NCBI GenBank assembly: GCA_038249055.1
Contig: JBBRWS010000001.1
Coordinates: forward strand, 78,244-142,243
Direction: 5' to 3'
From: Minisyncoccia bacterium
Lineage (GTDB): Bacteria; Patescibacteriota; Minisyncoccia; Phycocordibacterales; UBA9973
Length of the DNA: 64,000 nucleotides
The notes below the pieces were generated by a model, which worked only from the letters and a program-made list of their open reading frames with translations, searched no databases and was not told the origin of the DNA. Each line of letters begins with the position of its first letter. Positions within the stretch are counted from its first letter, which is position 1. The translations under genes were made by a program, and so were the position numbers. Below are positions 59,234 to 64,000 of the stretch, piece by piece.

Positions 59234-61189
59234 CTATTTCATTGAATTCATCTTTGTTTTTGTCTTTGGTCCTACAATACCATCTGCTACTAAATTATTC
59301 GCTCTTTGCCATATTTTTATTACCGCAATTGTTTTTGGACCTAGTTTACCATCAATGACTAGATTAAGATTTAAAATCTCATTTAAAAATCTTTGTAATT
59401 CTTTAACTGCTTCACCCCTGCTTCCATTTTTAAGGTTTGTTGTTCCAAAATTATAATTTATTCGTGATTGGATGTTTGGACCTGTAATAATAAGTGCTGG
59501 TGGAATAGCAATAACTGGACTTGTTGGTGTGGTAGGAATTAATAATGATTCTAAATATAACTTGTATACTGATGAAGAAGAACCACTACTACCTCTACGT
59601 ACAGCTGTAACAGTTAAAGTTGCAGTTGAAGCAGCTGAAACATTTCCTGTAGCATCAATCACATATAATTTATAATCCCCTACAGTCTCTGGGGCAGTAA
59701 TACTTGTTGCTGTTCCGCCTGCTGTTGTCATGGTATTACCCGCTGTGAATGTCGTTGTTCCTGGTGGAGCAAACCAAATTGCTCCACCAGTTTCAGAAGC
59801 TGAAACAACAGTAACAGTTGCTCCACTTGTTTCAGAAATTGATGTTGCGAAAACTGTGTCCTGGTTTGTTGGAGCAGTATTATCAGAATCAAATTCACTA
59901 AAACCAGTTGTTGTAAAAGTTAAAGTCTGAGCTGTCCCATTCCACGTAAAGCTGCCTAATGTTTTACCCCCAACAACAACATCGCTTGAAGCATTGTTAG
60001 AAACGTAGCCATCAACAGTACCGGTGTTGTCCTTAACGATTAGTCCTGGTCTAACTGCACTACTCATTTTCATTGTTAAAGTTGCACCACCATCAAAAGC
60101 AGCTAGGGCACTAGAATCTACTCGCATAACACTTCCACTAACTGTCATATTTGTACCAAGAGATTGTAATCCAGTTATAGTTGCTGTTTCAGTAAGATTA
60201 ACTGGACCAGTAAGAACCAAGGTTCCAACATCAACGGCACTAATATTAGCATTAAAGGTAAGATTACTTACGTTAGTAAAATCAAGAATACCCGACCAGT
60301 CAGTGGTGGTAGCATTATTTAATTCTGTAATTAAAGTCTTTGGGTCAATACCAAAAACTCCAGTAAAAGATTCACTTGGAAGTGTACCGTAAGTTATATT
60401 TCCAGCAGCATCAGTTAATTGAATATTAAGAGGATAACCACCGGCAGTTGTGGGTAATGTTGCTAGTGATAATGAAGATAGTGCTGTATTAAAAGCATAA
60501 ATATTTCCACTTGGATTTGTAGCGAAATTTATATAATCAGTACCTGGGGTTCCAGTAGAAAATTCTGCTGCATCACAAGTTAAGGCAGAGTTATTACCCG
60601 TGATGGATTGTACACAAGCTTTAACTGCTGATAATGGTTCATTTGCAGTAACTGTAAACCTTAAACTTTTACCCGAATAATAATACCAAATATTTGTCGA
60701 TGAAGACGTTGCAGAACCATCTTGTTTAAGAGTAAGAACTGAAGTAAATGATGGGTCTTGTCCATCAGTAATTGCGGTAGAAGAACTATGAGCTACTACA
60801 ATGTTTGTGTCCCCATTTGAATCTGTAACACCTACTGCATCAACATATAAACCCTCGGCGGCGCTATAGGTTTTTGCTGGGTCACTAAAAGGTGTACCTG
60901 AGAAAGTTAAAGTTATTGTCCATGGAGCCGTTGGTGAAGTAATAACTGCACTAGTGGGAGTTAATGAAGCAGTCCCACCATCACCAACATCAACATGCCA
61001 TTTTGTATAATCTACAGAAGTTAAATTATGACCAGGATTGGCAATATCTACCAGGATTGTATTTGAAGATTCAATCTCAGATGAAGTAATAACAATATCC
61101 TCGGCAGCTTGTACTTTAGAAGTAGAAAATATAAAAACAGTTATGATGATTAAACTAAGAGTAAATAAAAACAAATTAATTTTTTTCAT
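59234..61189 (-). CDS. Surface protein with C-terminal peptidoglycan-binding domain
   Basis: Signal peptide, Thr/Ser-rich beta domains, LKNGSRGEAVKELQRFL...DGKLGPKT...DGIVGPKT. Confidence 0.85.
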   Translation of the reverse strand: MKKINLFLFTLSLIIITVFIFSTSKVQAAEDIVITSSEIESSNTILVDIANPGHNLTSVDYTKWHVDVGDGGTASLTPTSAVITSPTAPWTITLTFSGTPFSDPAKTYSAAEGLYVDAVGVTDSNGDTNIVVAHSSSTAITDGQDPSFTSVLTLKQDGSATSSSTNIWYYYSGKSLRFTVTANEPLSAVKACVQSITGNNSALTCDAAEFSTGTPGTDYINFATNPSGNIYAFNTALSSLSLATLPTTAGGYPLNIQLTDAAGNITYGTLPSESFTGVFGIDPKTLITELNNATTTDWSGILDFTNVSNLTFNANISAVDVGTLVLTGPVNLTETATITGLQSLGTNMTVSGSVMRVDSSALAAFDGGATLTMKMSSAVRPGLIVKDNTGTVDGYVSNNASSDVVVGGKTLGSFTWNGTAQTLTFTTTGFSEFDSDNTAPTNQDTVFATSISETSGATVTVVSASETGGAIWFAPPGTTTFTAGNTMTTAGGTATSITAPETVGDYKLYVIDATGNVSAASTATLTVTAVRRGSSGSSSSVYKLYLESLLIPTTPTSPVIAIPPALIITGPNIQSRINYNFGTTNLKNGSRGEAVKELQRFLNEILNLNLVIDGKLGPKTIAVIKIWQRANNLVADGIVGPKTKTKMNSMK

Positions 61190-61212
61190 ATATTTTTTAT
61201 TGTTAATAAATT

Positions 61213-61319
61213 AAAAAACCCGCACTTAATAAAAATTACGAGCTTCTCGAGCTTCAATTTTTTAAACATTAAACTAAAAAACCCGAACCAAAATGGTTAC
61301 GGGCCTCTTTTAGAGCCTC
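61213..61319 (-). promoter_or_regulatory. Tandem terminator-containing leader motifs
   Basis: Two related units GARGCT..GARGCYCGTAA..CGGGTTTTT between the promoter and the surface-protein ATG. Confidence 0.6.
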
Positions 61320-61388
61320 TTTTTTTATAAACTTATTATATCATTACTTTAAAATTAATAGTAAAGTTATCCACAATCAATTTTAATA

Positions 61389-62090
61389 TTATTTATTTAA
61401 ATAATATAATCTTTTCTTTTCGGGCAAGCGCTCAATAGAATATCTGAGCATAGTACGAGGCATCTGGTGCACATATATATCAAGGAATGAGGTTAATTTC
61501 TTTTCAGATACCTTTTTTCCAACCTCTCGTAGCATCCATCCACAAGCTTTATGAATAAGGTCATGTTTGTCTTTTAAAAGTAATTTAACGATACGAAATG
61601 TCCATTCAGACTCCCCTTTATAAATAAAAGCAAAAGTCGAAATAATTGCTATTCGGCGTTCCCATAGATTTTTTGATTTAGCTAATTTTTCTAAAATTTT
61701 TGGGTCTTTATTTAATAAAAAATCCCCAATTATATAATGAGCAGATAAATCAACTAAATCCCAGTTATTTATATATTTAGTATTTTTTAAATAAAAATTA
61801 TATATTTTTCTCTTTATAATTTCATTTTTAGCTTGTTTATATTGATGAACTAAAATAAGTAGAGCAATAAGTCGGACCTCATGATATTTATTCATAAGTA
61901 GTTTTGAAATATCAGAAAATGATATGTTTTTGTATTTTGTTGCAAGTATACGTGATAATGGTACAGTAATCCCTAAAAATAAATCACCCTCGCCATATTG
62001 ACCAGGACCAGTTTTAAAAAATCGTGTAAGGAATGCACCTTTATCTTTATTTCTATTTAATATTATTTCTTTTAGTATTTTTTGATTCAT
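61389..62090 (-). CDS. alkD: DNA alkylation repair enzyme
   Basis: FFKTGPGQYGEGD, INNWDLVD, NLWERR, HDLIHKACGWMLRE, RTMLRYSIE. Confidence 0.9.
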   Translation of the reverse strand: MNQKILKEIILNRNKDKGAFLTRFFKTGPGQYGEGDLFLGITVPLSRILATKYKNISFSDISKLLMNKYHEVRLIALLILVHQYKQAKNEIIKRKIYNFYLKNTKYINNWDLVDLSAHYIIGDFLLNKDPKILEKLAKSKNLWERRIAIISTFAFIYKGESEWTFRIVKLLLKDKHDLIHKACGWMLREVGKKVSEKKLTSFLDIYVHQMPRTMLRYSIERLPEKKRLYYLNK

Positions 62091-62235
62091 TTTTTATTTT
62101 AACTTCAAAAAAATTATATCATTTTTATAAAAATATGTATTATTTAACGTTATAAATCAATAATAATTTATTTGACCCCTTATATAAAATAACATAGAAT
62201 TAAGATAAATCTCGTAAATTTAATAAATAAAAGTT

Positions 62236-62766
62236 ATGGACCTTAAAATGTCTTATATCGTGTATTTCCTCACGGGAATGGTTATTTGTATGGTTATTTT
62301 TCTGTTTTGGGGGAAATTTGTTGAGAAAATTTTAAGGGCTTATGGTTTTCTCAATAACTCTTTTTCAAGATTTTTAATTTTTGGACCAATTTTTTCTTCA
62401 ATTGCTCATGTTTTAATAGAAGGAAGATGGGAAAAATTAAAAATTATTTACGAATATTATTTTGTAACTGAAAAAACCCTGATCTCTGGTAAAATCATTA
62501 ATATTACTGAAGATAAGTATGACATGCCACTTATTTCATCAGAAATTAATGAAAATATTGGTACAGCTAGTTTATCTACTCCATTAACAGATTATATTGT
62601 TAAAATTGAAAAAGATGACGGAGAAGTTGTTTTAATTGATTTTGATATTGATTCAGATTCTTTTAAGAAAATGAATCTGAAAGTTGATGAAAAAGTAGTA
62701 GATATACCTTGTACTAAAAAAAAGTTTGATAAATTTTTTTATTTCAAAAGTATTACTCGATGGTAA
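62236..62766 (+). CDS. Hypothetical membrane protein
   Basis: Two N-terminal TM segments; own promoter and terminator. Confidence 0.6.
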   Translation: MDLKMSYIVYFLTGMVICMVIFLFWGKFVEKILRAYGFLNNSFSRFLIFGPIFSSIAHVLIEGRWEKLKIIYEYYFVTEKTLISGKIINITEDKYDMPLISSEINENIGTASLSTPLTDYIVKIEKDDGEVVLIDFDIDSDSFKKMNLKVDEKVVDIPCTKKKFDKFFYFKSITRW

Positions 62767-62842
62767 AAAATTAAAAAAATAATTTAACTTTTAAATTAAA
62801 AAGCCACCCTAGAAAATTTGAGGTGGCTTTTTTAATTAAATA

Positions 62843-63286
62843 TTATTTTCTATATTTTTTGGTTCTCCATTTGTCAGCTATTTTAATTCTATTTAGGGAA
62901 CGTTCTAATTCTGTTTCAAAATGCTCAAAATCTACTATTTCATTATTTTCTGCTTGTTTACGCAACTGTTCAGCACGAGCTTTTGCTTTTTCAATTTCAA
63001 TATCAGAAATAGAAGAAACATATTCAGCAAAGTCAGCTAAAATTGTAACAGTTGTTAAATCGTTTTCTTTTTTAGTTTCAATAAATCCACCAACAACCGC
63101 CATTGGTATATGTTCACCACCCGATACTGCTACAATATCTCCACTTGCAATAGTTGCGATAAGAGGAACATGGTCAGGAAGTATTGTTATTTCCCCTTCT
63201 GTAGTAGGTATTGTTACTTGATCAACTAATTCTTCTAAAATTAATTTTTCAGGTGTGACAATTTTTAATTGTAATTTTTTACTCAT
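62843..63286 (-). CDS. atpC: ATP synthase epsilon subunit
   Basis: LKIVTPE, GEITILPDHVPL, GGF; start moved to MSKK at 63286. Confidence 0.93.
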   Translation of the reverse strand: MSKKLQLKIVTPEKLILEELVDQVTIPTTEGEITILPDHVPLIATIASGDIVAVSGGEHIPMAVVGGFIETKKENDLTTVTILADFAEYVSSISDIEIEKAKARAEQLRKQAENNEIVDFEHFETELERSLNRIKIADKWRTKKYRK

Positions 63287-63324
63287 TTTTAATTTTTTTA
63301 TTTGATTAAATAAATTTTTCTCTT

Positions 63325-63364
63325 CGAGGTTGGACCTCGGGCTCTTTTTGAGGTACAACCTCAA
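63325..63364. repeat. Pair of REP-like short palindromes
   Basis: CGAGGT-TGG-ACCTCG and TTGAGGT-ACA-ACCTCAA between atpD and atpC. Confidence 0.55.
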
Positions 63365-63374
63365 GAATAAAAAT

Positions 63375-64000
<626 letters not shown>

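Noticed and set aside
56904-61375. Replication origin from DnaA boxes at 56904 and 61367
   Set aside because: Only two isolated boxes 4.5 kb apart and no dnaA/dnaN nearby

Overview
AT-rich window whose gene content suggests a Patescibacteria/CPR (Parcubacteria-like) chromosome; this is inferred, not proven. Positions ~1-39.7 kb form a composite accessory region downstream of a minus-strand tRNA-Glu(CTC) at 39725-39799. It holds a kinase/vWA/divergent-PurA operon, a nucleotidyltransferase, a cluster of pilin-like genes with a chaperone and a secretin, and a type II Thoeris pair extended by TM, HEPN-like and PIN-like genes. It also holds a capsid-less methylase-TerS-TerL-serine recombinase module and a 13-kb copper cluster with two P1B ATPases. 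Three elements built from the 3' end of that tRNA punctuate the region. Positions ~40-64 kb are core-like (rsmI, ctpA, rplI, rpmA, rarA, pyk, lexA, alkD, atpC, atpD). The strongest unexplained signal is a family of eight 97-128 bp hairpin elements lying exactly at start codons, most flanked by a duplication of the gene's first 4-5 nt. All protein calls come from reading motifs by eye; no database search was run.
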